From a virus (lineage: Duplodnaviria > Caudoviricetes), in the IMG/VR virus record IMGVR_UViG_3300032331_001429, positions 1 through 56,894 of that record: DNA of 56,894 nucleotides; one strand, given 5' to 3'. Positions 29,197 to 37,292 of this stretch are shown piece by piece. The position numbers were made by a program, and so were the translations under genes. Numbering within the stretch: position 1 is the first letter of the stretch; each line of letters opens with the position of its first letter. The notes beneath the pieces were generated by a model that did not search any database, was not told where the DNA came from, and was given only the letters and a program-made list of their open reading frames with translations.

Positions 29197-30552
29197 TCAC
29201 CAGAATGGGTTATTTGTTTTTGCGTGTCTATTGAGATACACGTTAGCAACAGGTAGGTTCCATTGATAGAATTTATAGTTTGTGTCAGTGTATCTCCAAT
29301 TGACATCATACCATAATCTATCGCCTTGAAATAAAGATGCTCTTGTGGATCCTGCAAGGGACTTAAATTGCCATCCTTTAAACAAGGTCTCAAAAGCTAT
29401 TTCCCGTTCTTTCTGTACTCTAGCTATTTTTAAAGCTAGCCTTCCTATAGGATTATCTACAGAGACGTTTAAGTCTCCAAGTTGTCTTCTTGTTCCGCCT
29501 AGTACAAATTTATGATAATCCTTATCTTCCATTATATCTAGCAGAGTAGTAAGCAGTATATAGCGTTTACCGGCAAAAGGAAGATTGCCTAGATTTATTC
29601 CTCTCCCCGTTTTTTCCCATAAGAATATAGAGTTCTTAAAAAGAAGAGCACCAATATAGTCGTCATACAATTGATCACTTATGGAAGAAAGTTCTCTTTT
29701 AACAACTTCTGGCCCAAAAGCATTAACTGATAACTCAGTGTTAAATATATAATTAAGTGCGCCGCCGTATTCATCATTGTCAATAGAGCGTATAGAACTA
29801 TTTAAATCTATTGTAACGGCAAGGTTTTTAGGTAGCCCAGTAACAAATGTCACCGTCAGGTCTTTGTCACTAGCAGAGACTGAGTAAGTTGGAATTCTAG
29901 ATACTAAATTTTCTCCTGTCATTCCGCCTTCTCCTAAATATAAAAAATCCTCAAGGATTGGATATAACTTTATGTCAAGCCAGTTTGAATAGTTTTGGCC
30001 TGTCATTAAAGCTTTAGTAAAGCTAAATCTTATAGTATTGTCTCCAGTTATATTTACATCTACCCCATGACTGTGATTCTTAGGGCGGACTGCTGCAATA
30101 GTAAAGTCATAACCAAGGGCTTTGACATTAGTAGGAAGAAATAAGTCGCCCTCTAAAGTTAGATTACTTGCTTGCTTTTCTAAGGTAGTATCAATTTGAT
30201 AAACAGAATCTCCTGTAGCAAATATTACTGTAGTTGTTGTAGTTAATAGATCACCATTGGTTGCAGATAAAGAGTATCCAATAAGTTGATCTGTCCCAAT
30301 AACAATTACTCTATAGTTAGTATTCTCTCTTAGATTTACTAGAGGAGTTATGACAATAACTCTAGTATCACTTGACTTTAAAGCAATTGTTACTGGAACA
30401 TTTTGATTGGACCCTAGGTCCATTAGATATATAGAGTTGTCAGTCAGACTCGATGGAGATATAGGTTCATTATAAGTCAATTCTATTGACTTGTTTATAA
30501 AAAAATCTGTAGTCCCGGTTACCGGGTCTGAACTGACAAATGTTAAGGCCAT
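29197..30552 (-). CDS. Ig-like domain-containing head-tail adaptor candidate
   Basis: 451 aa; two bacterial Ig-like (Big_5-type) repeats (FVSSDP...IELTYNEPI...VITPLVNLRENTNYRV; IAAVRP...IRFSFTK) and a helical C-terminus with RRQLGDLNVS, reminiscent of head-tail connectors. Confidence 0.6.
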   Translation of the reverse strand: MALTFVSSDPVTGTTDFFINKSIELTYNEPISPSSLTDNSIYLMDLGSNQNVPVTIALKSSDTRVIVITPLVNLRENTNYRVIVIGTDQLIGYSLSATNGDLLTTTTTVIFATGDSVYQIDTTLEKQASNLTLEGDLFLPTNVKALGYDFTIAAVRPKNHSHGVDVNITGDNTIRFSFTKALMTGQNYSNWLDIKLYPILEDFLYLGEGGMTGENLVSRIPTYSVSASDKDLTVTFVTGLPKNLAVTIDLNSSIRSIDNDEYGGALNYIFNTELSVNAFGPEVVKRELSSISDQLYDDYIGALLFKNSIFLWEKTGRGINLGNLPFAGKRYILLTTLLDIMEDKDYHKFVLGGTRRQLGDLNVSVDNPIGRLALKIARVQKEREIAFETLFKGWQFKSLAGSTRASLFQGDRLWYDVNWRYTDTNYKFYQWNLPVANVYLNRHAKTNNPFW

Positions 30553-30555
30553 TTA

Positions 30556-31287
30556 TTATGAGAAGATTTCATTAACTGCTTGCGAAGCAGTCTTGTTACC
30601 TTTTACAAAGTCTTTGGGCGGAAGTGGTTCTGCCATTGGTTTTGCGACTTCGGCTCCCGAGTTTGTAGTAAGTTTAACCGTCCCATCAGGATTAATTGTA
30701 ACTTTTTTGATGCCTTCGGCCTCATCAGGTGGGTCATATAGACGGACAGGTCCATCATAATTCTTTGCAACTTGGTCTAGGAGTCTCAGGACTTCCTTTC
30801 TCTTTTTACCCTTATTTTCTTTTTCAATACAATAGTTAACTATCTCTAGAGCAGTCCAGCCTGAGTCGGATCCTCTCTTTATAAGCATCGCAAACTCACT
30901 CTTAGCTTTCTTAGAATCTAAACCACCTTCCTTTATCATTAGCCAGTATTTTTCTAAAGTGTTTGATGCTTTATCAATAGGCGGAATAAATACCTTACCA
31001 AGAACTATAGTTCCAGCTTGTAGGGCCTTGTCAATAATATTATAGTCATTAGGTGTCAAGTTGTCAGGTATAGTGCACCAGTAAGCATCTGGACTAAGCC
31101 AAATACTACCGACGCCAAAATAAGTTTCTCTCTTTAGATTTATAGAAATTTCTTTTCCAACTAAAGAGTTGTTAATTTTTTGAGGAGTAGGAGTATCAGT
31201 TACTACTACTTGAGAAGGATCAGGTACTAACGATCCTACTGTAGTTACAATCAAACCAGGGTCATTTGTCTTTTTATTTTTAGACAT
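30556..31287 (-). CDS. Hypothetical head-associated protein
   Basis: 243 aa; SD-like AAGGA upstream; EKENKGKKRKEVLRLL motif of a type often seen in genes following major capsid genes. Confidence 0.5.
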   Translation of the reverse strand: MSKNKKTNDPGLIVTTVGSLVPDPSQVVVTDTPTPQKINNSLVGKEISINLKRETYFGVGSIWLSPDAYWCTIPDNLTPNDYNIIDKALQAGTIVLGKVFIPPIDKASNTLEKYWLMIKEGGLDSKKAKSEFAMLIKRGSDSGWTALEIVNYCIEKENKGKKRKEVLRLLDQVAKNYDGPVRLYDPPDEAEGIKKVTINPDGTVKLTTNSGAEVAKPMAEPLPPKDFVKGNKTASQAVNEIFS

Positions 31288-31303
31288 GCTTCATCCTTGA
31301 ATT

Positions 31304-31339
31304 AAAAATCGGGAGGACATAGTCTTAGTACGTCCTCCC
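31304..31339 (-). terminator. Intrinsic terminator-like hairpin
   Basis: Minus strand GGGAGGACGUA-CUAAGAC-UAUGUCCUCCC (11 bp, one G-U) followed by GAUUUUU. Confidence 0.7.
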
Positions 31340-31438
31340 TAGGCCATACCAAAGGTAGCGTTGGTATGATATGGCCGGTTAAGCGGTAGAGGCTGTGCCC
31401 ACACACCGCTCGGTCCTTGGCCCCCGTTAAGGGCCTAG
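31311..31438 (-). ncRNA. Candidate structured RNA (four consecutive hairpins)
   Basis: GC-rich island with AT-rich flanks in an intergenic gap; hairpins at 31419-31435, 31381-31411, 31342-31376 and 31311-31339; G-U pairs favour the minus strand; family not recognised. Confidence 0.45.
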
Positions 31439-31453
31439 TTTTTATTTTTTTGT

Positions 31454-34400
31454 TCATGCTATTGTAATAGGATTTACAGTATAAGGATAGGTCAAAGGTT
31501 TTCCAACATCTTCGTTGTCTATAGTGCTTCCTGGCTCTGTGCTTCCTGGTTCACTAATAGGTATATCTGGGTATTCTTGATACACAGGAACGTTATCTGG
31601 ACTTGTAGACAGTTTTGGTCCATCTATAGATAATTGAATTATTGCATGTATTTTAGGTCCACGTAAATTTGCTGTAGTAACTATAAGAATTTCGTTAACA
31701 ATACTTTCTCCTTCTACTTCTTGAGGCTCTTCATGAGACCAATCATATGACAGTCTTATATCTTGCACAGCAAATTTATATAAAGTATCTCCTACTGCTT
31801 TAACCGATATATTAGCATTTGTAGGAGTTACGCAGTAAACAGTAAATGGGAACACAATTGATCTGGCCTGTAATAGAACTTCGGTTTCCTCGTCCGAACC
31901 AATCTTTTTCCCAATCGTAACCGATCTAACATTATTAGTTTGAATGTCAGGTTCATTTACTACAGCGTTTCCGTCTAAAGTTGAGACTGCTTTTATCATA
32001 TCACCATTACCTAAAAAATCTTGGTAGATAGCTAAAAAAGGCCAAGCAGCTCTATCCCATTCTCCAATATCAAAAGAAGCTTCTGCTAGTTTAAAGTCTA
32101 CTATAGCTTTAGCTTTGCTATACAAAGCTGCTACAGAGTAGTTTGGATCGTTTGATGTATAGTAATTATTTTTTATACCATTAAGAACCACGCTAGCGCA
32201 CACTGCCTGCCAAACACCGTAATAAGGATCAAATTGTGCCCATCTTGGACCCTCTTGAGTGTATATATTCCATATACATCTTGTGTCAGTTTCTTCTAAA
32301 TCTGTTTTAGTTAATGGCTTTCTGTAACTTGGAGCGTCTTTTCCAAGACCATATTTATCAAAGCAGTAGCTACTTATTCCATACCAGCCAATTACAGAGG
32401 TTGCCGTTCCTTCATTTGGATTAGGTTGATATTGATTTGAGTCATAAATAACTTGACCATTTACAATGACCTCCAGGGGTTCTGATATATAAGATCCAAT
32501 ATAATTAAAACCTGGACTTGAAACATTTTTAAGTGCAATTGCTACTTCACTTACTAACGATCCTCCACCAGGGAAGGCTCCTCCTTCTAATCTATTAATA
32601 ATTGCAGTAGTACCAGACACTGTACCACGGATAGTAGCCCCAACTGGGAAACACTGTATTTTTCTTGCTGGAGAATCAGCAAAAAGTCCATTTCCTGCTA
32701 CAACCTTTACTAGAAGTCTAGTCCAGTTATATTCTGATCCTGGTCCGAAATAATGAGTACAGTGCATAGTCACGGTAGCAGCAAGATCCCATGCAATATT
32801 TCTAGGTATACTATCAAACAGTGGTATTGATCCTGGAGCTATTGATTGACCAGGACCAGTAAGTTTTGTTATGGTATAACCACTCATGTAAGCACCAAAA
32901 GGAAATAGATCTTCAAACATTCTTTGTAGAGCTACATAACTAGCAACCACAAACGCAGACTGCCATGGAGTCATCCATGGATTTGCTCCAGGCTGGAAGA
33001 CAAACAAACCACCGACAGGAATTTCAGGATCTCCAATCTGATCTAACCTTCCAGGGAGATAATAATTTCTAGACCCATCTGACCAAGAAAATGGAGCGTC
33101 AATAAACTTTAATTTTTCTATGCCTCCTGGATTGCCATACTCCCAAGACAACTTGACAGTGTTGCCGAGCCAATATCTTCTTATTACTGCTTTTAAAAGA
33201 TCTTCAATCCCTGTAGCATAGTATAAAACTATCCCTGTCTGAAGCATTCTAGCTGACGCTCGGTCTGCTTCCCAAGAATCTATAGTTGGATTATTTCTAA
33301 AATATAGTGGCATACAAGCGGCAAAGTTTTCTGCCCAAGATTGAGCAAAACAATCTAATAAAAAGTAATCTGCTGAAATAATAGCAGCAAGTGCTTCTTG
33401 ATGACTAGAGCAGTGCTGTCTATCTAATCCTGCCCACTCTTCTGCAGGTTCTTGTGCTGTTGCTGCTTGAACTGGCCAGCTAAATTCGTGCATTCCCATG
33501 TAGTCGGGACTGTATCCCTGAACTTCTCCAGACCATAGCAAGACATCTGGATAGTTCTGTATTTTAAATATAGTTCCATCTTGCTCATATAACCACATTG
33601 GTCGTTGTCCCCACAGCCCTACAGAGTGAACAATATAAGGTATTTCTCTTGAGTAAGACGCTAAAATAGTGTAATATAAAGGGTTATTATGGAATGCATT
33701 TCCTAAAACACCTTGATTTCCGCCTCCAGGAGCAAATGGTCTAAGACCATATGGTCCTACAGGAAATGGCATAGGCTGGCGTCTTCCTAAATTCTCGTAG
33801 TAATTATGACGACTAAACATCATGCGATCTATTCTAGCAGTCTGATCTGCTCTGTCACTAGGATCTACATTAGGAGGAAATGGAGTATCTAGGAAGGCAG
33901 GCGGTACATACTTGCCCCAGCCTTCTGCAATTGCGCTAAGTTCTTCTTGTCTTTCTGCTAGTATAGTAGACCTTTGGTTATTTCCTAAAATTAGACATCC
34001 CCTAAAGTTTCTACAAGTTGCATACTTCATCCCATCGGTATGCCTTTCTCTCATAAAATTTGGATCTTCCAAGACATATAAATAACCATTGGTTGTAGGA
34101 TAATTAGAAGGGAAGTTGTTTAAATTTAGTTTAGAGTAAATGTGCTCTTCAAATCTAAATAAAGAATCACACCCAGCAATAGTTAGTGCTGTGTAGTCTG
34201 TAAGGACATGATGCCGTTGTTGAAAGGCATACTGTCCAATACTTTGTCCACCGCCTCTTGAGATATGCGAGCAGCCGTATCTAAACCAGAAATTTACATG
34301 TTCTATAGGCGTGCTGCTAATAATATTTTGAGTTGCTCCATAAATACCTAGAGAGGGTACATCAAAAGTCATTTCTACCCATATCCATTGCATAGTTTGG

Positions 34401-34855
34401 AATGGTCTAGCAAAGTATTTATACCTTCGATAATGAGTGTCAGACCCTCCAGTGCTTATTAAGGTTAGCTGATTGAAGTCTAATTCAACTTCTTGACCGT
34501 TCATTGCAAAATAAAATCTGATACCCCTAAACATATTATACACAGTCGCATCATAGGGAACTGTAGTATAGGATCCGCCAGAAGGATTGACTACTGCACG
34601 ACGCTCAGAGTTAGCTGCAACGTCTGCTCTAAATGCTATCTTTCCATATCTATAAGATCCATCTTCGTGGTTAGCACCATAAGGTTCCCACTGAACTTTT
34701 TGAGTAAAGGTTGGATCAGATCCCAGGCCATTAGCCTGCGATACAGTAATAATTTGATTTAAGGAGGTTACTTCACCTTTGTCAAAAGGAAAACCACATA
34801 TTACTATTCCACTTCTGTTGTGATTTGTTTTGTTTAAAACATAAACTGGTCTCAT
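31454..34855 (-). CDS. Large virion accessory protein, polysaccharide lyase-like (PcRGLX/YetA-like N-terminus)
   Basis: 1133 aa, strong SD (AAGGAGG); N-terminal IVICGFPFDKG...QWEPYGANHEDGSYRYGKIAFRADV fits the G-x-P...G...DGS-x-R/K-W/Y pattern of PcRGLX/YetA-type N-terminal barrels; aromatic-rich helical core (WAGLDRQH, PWQSAF). Confidence 0.5.
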   Translation of the reverse strand: MRPVYVLNKTNHNRSGIVICGFPFDKGEVTSLNQIITVSQANGLGSDPTFTQKVQWEPYGANHEDGSYRYGKIAFRADVAANSERRAVVNPSGGSYTTVPYDATVYNMFRGIRFYFAMNGQEVELDFNQLTLISTGGSDTHYRRYKYFARPFQTMQWIWVEMTFDVPSLGIYGATQNIISSTPIEHVNFWFRYGCSHISRGGGQSIGQYAFQQRHHVLTDYTALTIAGCDSLFRFEEHIYSKLNLNNFPSNYPTTNGYLYVLEDPNFMRERHTDGMKYATCRNFRGCLILGNNQRSTILAERQEELSAIAEGWGKYVPPAFLDTPFPPNVDPSDRADQTARIDRMMFSRHNYYENLGRRQPMPFPVGPYGLRPFAPGGGNQGVLGNAFHNNPLYYTILASYSREIPYIVHSVGLWGQRPMWLYEQDGTIFKIQNYPDVLLWSGEVQGYSPDYMGMHEFSWPVQAATAQEPAEEWAGLDRQHCSSHQEALAAIISADYFLLDCFAQSWAENFAACMPLYFRNNPTIDSWEADRASARMLQTGIVLYYATGIEDLLKAVIRRYWLGNTVKLSWEYGNPGGIEKLKFIDAPFSWSDGSRNYYLPGRLDQIGDPEIPVGGLFVFQPGANPWMTPWQSAFVVASYVALQRMFEDLFPFGAYMSGYTITKLTGPGQSIAPGSIPLFDSIPRNIAWDLAATVTMHCTHYFGPGSEYNWTRLLVKVVAGNGLFADSPARKIQCFPVGATIRGTVSGTTAIINRLEGGAFPGGGSLVSEVAIALKNVSSPGFNYIGSYISEPLEVIVNGQVIYDSNQYQPNPNEGTATSVIGWYGISSYCFDKYGLGKDAPSYRKPLTKTDLEETDTRCIWNIYTQEGPRWAQFDPYYGVWQAVCASVVLNGIKNNYYTSNDPNYSVAALYSKAKAIVDFKLAEASFDIGEWDRAAWPFLAIYQDFLGNGDMIKAVSTLDGNAVVNEPDIQTNNVRSVTIGKKIGSDEETEVLLQARSIVFPFTVYCVTPTNANISVKAVGDTLYKFAVQDIRLSYDWSHEEPQEVEGESIVNEILIVTTANLRGPKIHAIIQLSIDGPKLSTSPDNVPVYQEYPDIPISEPGSTEPGSTIDNEDVGKPLTYPYTVNPITIA

Positions 34856-34874
34856 TGTATTTTCCTCCTTATTG

Positions 34875-34912
34875 AAAAAGGGATGACCCCAGCTTTGGCT
34901 AGGATCATCCCC
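34875..34912 (-). terminator. Intrinsic terminator after major capsid gene
   Basis: Minus strand GGGAUGAUCCUAGC-CAAA-GCUGGGGUCAUCCC then UUUUU. Confidence 0.85.
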
Positions 34913-34935
34913 TCTTAGTTACATATTATCAACTA

Positions 34936-36315
34936 TCAGACTGTGCCGCTCTGGCCATCGTAGCTCAGATTAGCAGCAGCGCCAGTCGTGGTGATGTAGA
35001 TCTTATCGGAGAAGTCGAACGACTTGCCTACACGGATGCTCTTCATCAGACCAATGCCTCTGCCATCATTCATAACCGCAACACCGTAACGCTCGCGCAT
35101 CTTGATCTTGCGGATATCTCTTGCGGGATCTGTCCACTCGTCCGTGGTCAGTTCTTCGTCAACTACAAGCAAGCCAAGCTCGTTCGAATCGCAGAGGACG
35201 ATGTCCGTGCGGAGCGAAGTGGCATTGTATGGCATGTAGGGGCTGACAACAATCTTGAACGATGTCGGGAATGGCGACGGAACGTTCGTGAAGGTGGTAG
35301 CTAACTGCTGTGGCGACGAGACATAGGTGTTCTGGTTCAGACCACCGACTCTCCACTGGTTAGCGTTACCAGCCTGGCCCTGAGGCATCTGCCACATCAG
35401 CGGCGACATGCCATTGATGAAGCCGAATGCACGGGCGATACCCTCTTGCGAGAAGATCTGCCATGCAAAGGGATGCATAATCAGGGTGTTAGGCGTAAAG
35501 CCTCTGTCGACCATCGCCGCATAGGCGTAGTACAGGTCGTCAAGTGTTAGGGTGCCATTGTACGCACCGTTCGAATCACGACCAGTTGTTGATCTGTAGT
35601 TCGCCGTTGAGTTATCCAGCACGGTAGTGCCGTAATCAGCGGTGATCAGATCCGCAACCTTCTTCTCCTTCAGACGAGCCATGGCGCGGCCAGCTGCACG
35701 TGTCTGCATCGAGACAACGTCGTAAAGGCTGTAACGGAGAGTCTCTTCGGTAACCTTTAGGGCAATACCTGACTTTCCAATCGTAGCCTCTACCTGACCA
35801 GCCAGCTCCATGCTGCCTTCTGGATATTCTTCACCTTCCGAAAGGTCAGCAGCCTGCATAGCTCCACCCCAGGCTGGGAACACGATTCTCGTTCCGTTGT
35901 TGAACGTGATTCTGTTCAGGAGGCCGGTAAGAACTAGGTTAGGCTCAATAGCTTCGCGGGCTATTGTCGAAATCGTTCTGGGCAGCAACAGTGGGTGATC
36001 TGTCGAGAAGTTGTCACGCATCTGCTGGGTAAGCTCTACGTCCTTGCGGAATAGATCTTCCATCTTGATGCGCTCTCTAGCTCCATCGACATAACCATTG
36101 CTCTTCCAGAGCTTTGTCATCTGCTCAAGTCTCTTGCGATCCTTGACTGCAGCCTTGGCGTCATCTGAGCTATTGAGGAATTCTTCCTCGCCTCTCAGCT
36201 CGCCGACTCTCTTGCTTACTTCCGAATCGACCTGGTCCTTTAGCTGCTTGTACAGAGCTATTGCGACCTTCTTTTGGTCTTCGGTAAACGTTGCATCCAA
36301 TTTGACGTCTTCCAT
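34936..36315 (-). CDS. Major capsid protein (HK97 fold)
   Basis: 459 aa; LLLPRTISTIAREAIEP, LSEGEEYPE, KSGIALKVTEE, AAGRAMARLKE, PNTLIMHP, RDIRKIKMRERYG; strong SD (AAAGGAG), strong codon bias, followed by a terminator. Confidence 0.92.
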   Translation of the reverse strand: MEDVKLDATFTEDQKKVAIALYKQLKDQVDSEVSKRVGELRGEEEFLNSSDDAKAAVKDRKRLEQMTKLWKSNGYVDGARERIKMEDLFRKDVELTQQMRDNFSTDHPLLLPRTISTIAREAIEPNLVLTGLLNRITFNNGTRIVFPAWGGAMQAADLSEGEEYPEGSMELAGQVEATIGKSGIALKVTEETLRYSLYDVVSMQTRAAGRAMARLKEKKVADLITADYGTTVLDNSTANYRSTTGRDSNGAYNGTLTLDDLYYAYAAMVDRGFTPNTLIMHPFAWQIFSQEGIARAFGFINGMSPLMWQMPQGQAGNANQWRVGGLNQNTYVSSPQQLATTFTNVPSPFPTSFKIVVSPYMPYNATSLRTDIVLCDSNELGLLVVDEELTTDEWTDPARDIRKIKMRERYGVAVMNDGRGIGLMKSIRVGKSFDFSDKIYITTTGAAANLSYDGQSGTV

Positions 36316-36334
36316 TTTTTTTCTCCTTTATAGA

Positions 36335-37273
36335 TTACATTCTTACCAGAATGGTCAACGCCCAGTAACGCTTGTTAGCGTCTGCACGTGCACCTAGCAG
36401 GAATGTCGGGACGCCCTTAGTTTCAGCGCCCGAAAGCGTGAGACCTGGGACCGTCTGGACTCTCTCTAATCCTGCGAACTCTGCAGCCAAATCTGAAGCT
36501 GCGGTAAAGTCCGAAAGACCGTCCTTGAGCAGGCCTCCTACCGAAGTCGACGAACCGCCGGTTCCGATAAAGGTCTTCTTAAGGCATCTACCAATGATTC
36601 TTTCCTGAGCCTTATAGGCGTCGGAATTAAACTTGGCGTATCTACCTGCCTGACGTTGAGCATCGTAGAAATCAGTTGTTCCGATTCCATAGTGGAAACC
36701 ACTGCCCAGCATTACCACGTCGCCAGCGTTTATGATTGTTTCTTCGACGTTTGTTGCAGGTACCTGAATTACATACTGCGTGACAAAGCCTAAAGAGTGT
36801 TGTCTCTTGTAGTTTGTAAACGCTGTAGTGAGGTACGAGCTGTAGACAGGCTGCGACACAACGCCAATTGGCTTAACTTCACCAATTAGCAGTGCGCCCG
36901 AAGGACCAGCCATGCCCCACGTGGTAGTGGCCTCTGTTGATCCTAGGTTGACTAGCATCTGGCTATCTATTGACGTAGATATATTAGTAACTGGTATGTT
37001 TCCTGTTCTCATCATGGCAGGAACAAACGAACCGCTTGCACCTGCACTGAAGACACCGTACTGACCGGTTGCACCAGTCAAACCAGTTACAACGCCGATA
37101 ATGGTACCGGCGTCAATCACGATAGGATCGTGATGTACTTCGTCTACTCTGACGTGTGCGAGTCCTGAGTGGGGCAGTCGTGGGGCTGCCTGGCTGTTAG
37201 GTCTAACGCCTTCAGAGACTTCGCGGAAGTATGGGCGGTTTACCGCATATCCACGTGGGATTCTTAATGCCAT
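36335..37273 (-). CDS. Capsid decoration/cement-like structural protein
   Basis: 312 aa between protease and capsid genes; VIDAGTIIG, KPIGVV, INAGDVV, IIGR motifs; GC/codon bias similar to the capsid gene. Confidence 0.6.
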   Translation of the reverse strand: MALRIPRGYAVNRPYFREVSEGVRPNSQAAPRLPHSGLAHVRVDEVHHDPIVIDAGTIIGVVTGLTGATGQYGVFSAGASGSFVPAMMRTGNIPVTNISTSIDSQMLVNLGSTEATTTWGMAGPSGALLIGEVKPIGVVSQPVYSSYLTTAFTNYKRQHSLGFVTQYVIQVPATNVEETIINAGDVVMLGSGFHYGIGTTDFYDAQRQAGRYAKFNSDAYKAQERIIGRCLKKTFIGTGGSSTSVGGLLKDGLSDFTAASDLAAEFAGLERVQTVPGLTLSGAETKGVPTFLLGARADANKRYWALTILVRM

Positions 37274-37292
37274 AATTAAACTCCGTTAATTA

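Noticed and set aside
31311-31438. tRNA, SRP RNA or hammerhead ribozyme identity for the structured intergenic element
   Set aside because: No T-loop GTTC/cloverleaf, no SRP GGAA-loop motif and no CUGANGA/GAAA core on either strand; left as unclassified.
26467-35356. Short minus-strand alternative-frame ORFs at 26467-26652, 29130-29393 and 35159-35356
   Set aside because: Nested in, or largely overlapping, the sheath, adaptor and capsid genes, with no motif or clear initiation signal.
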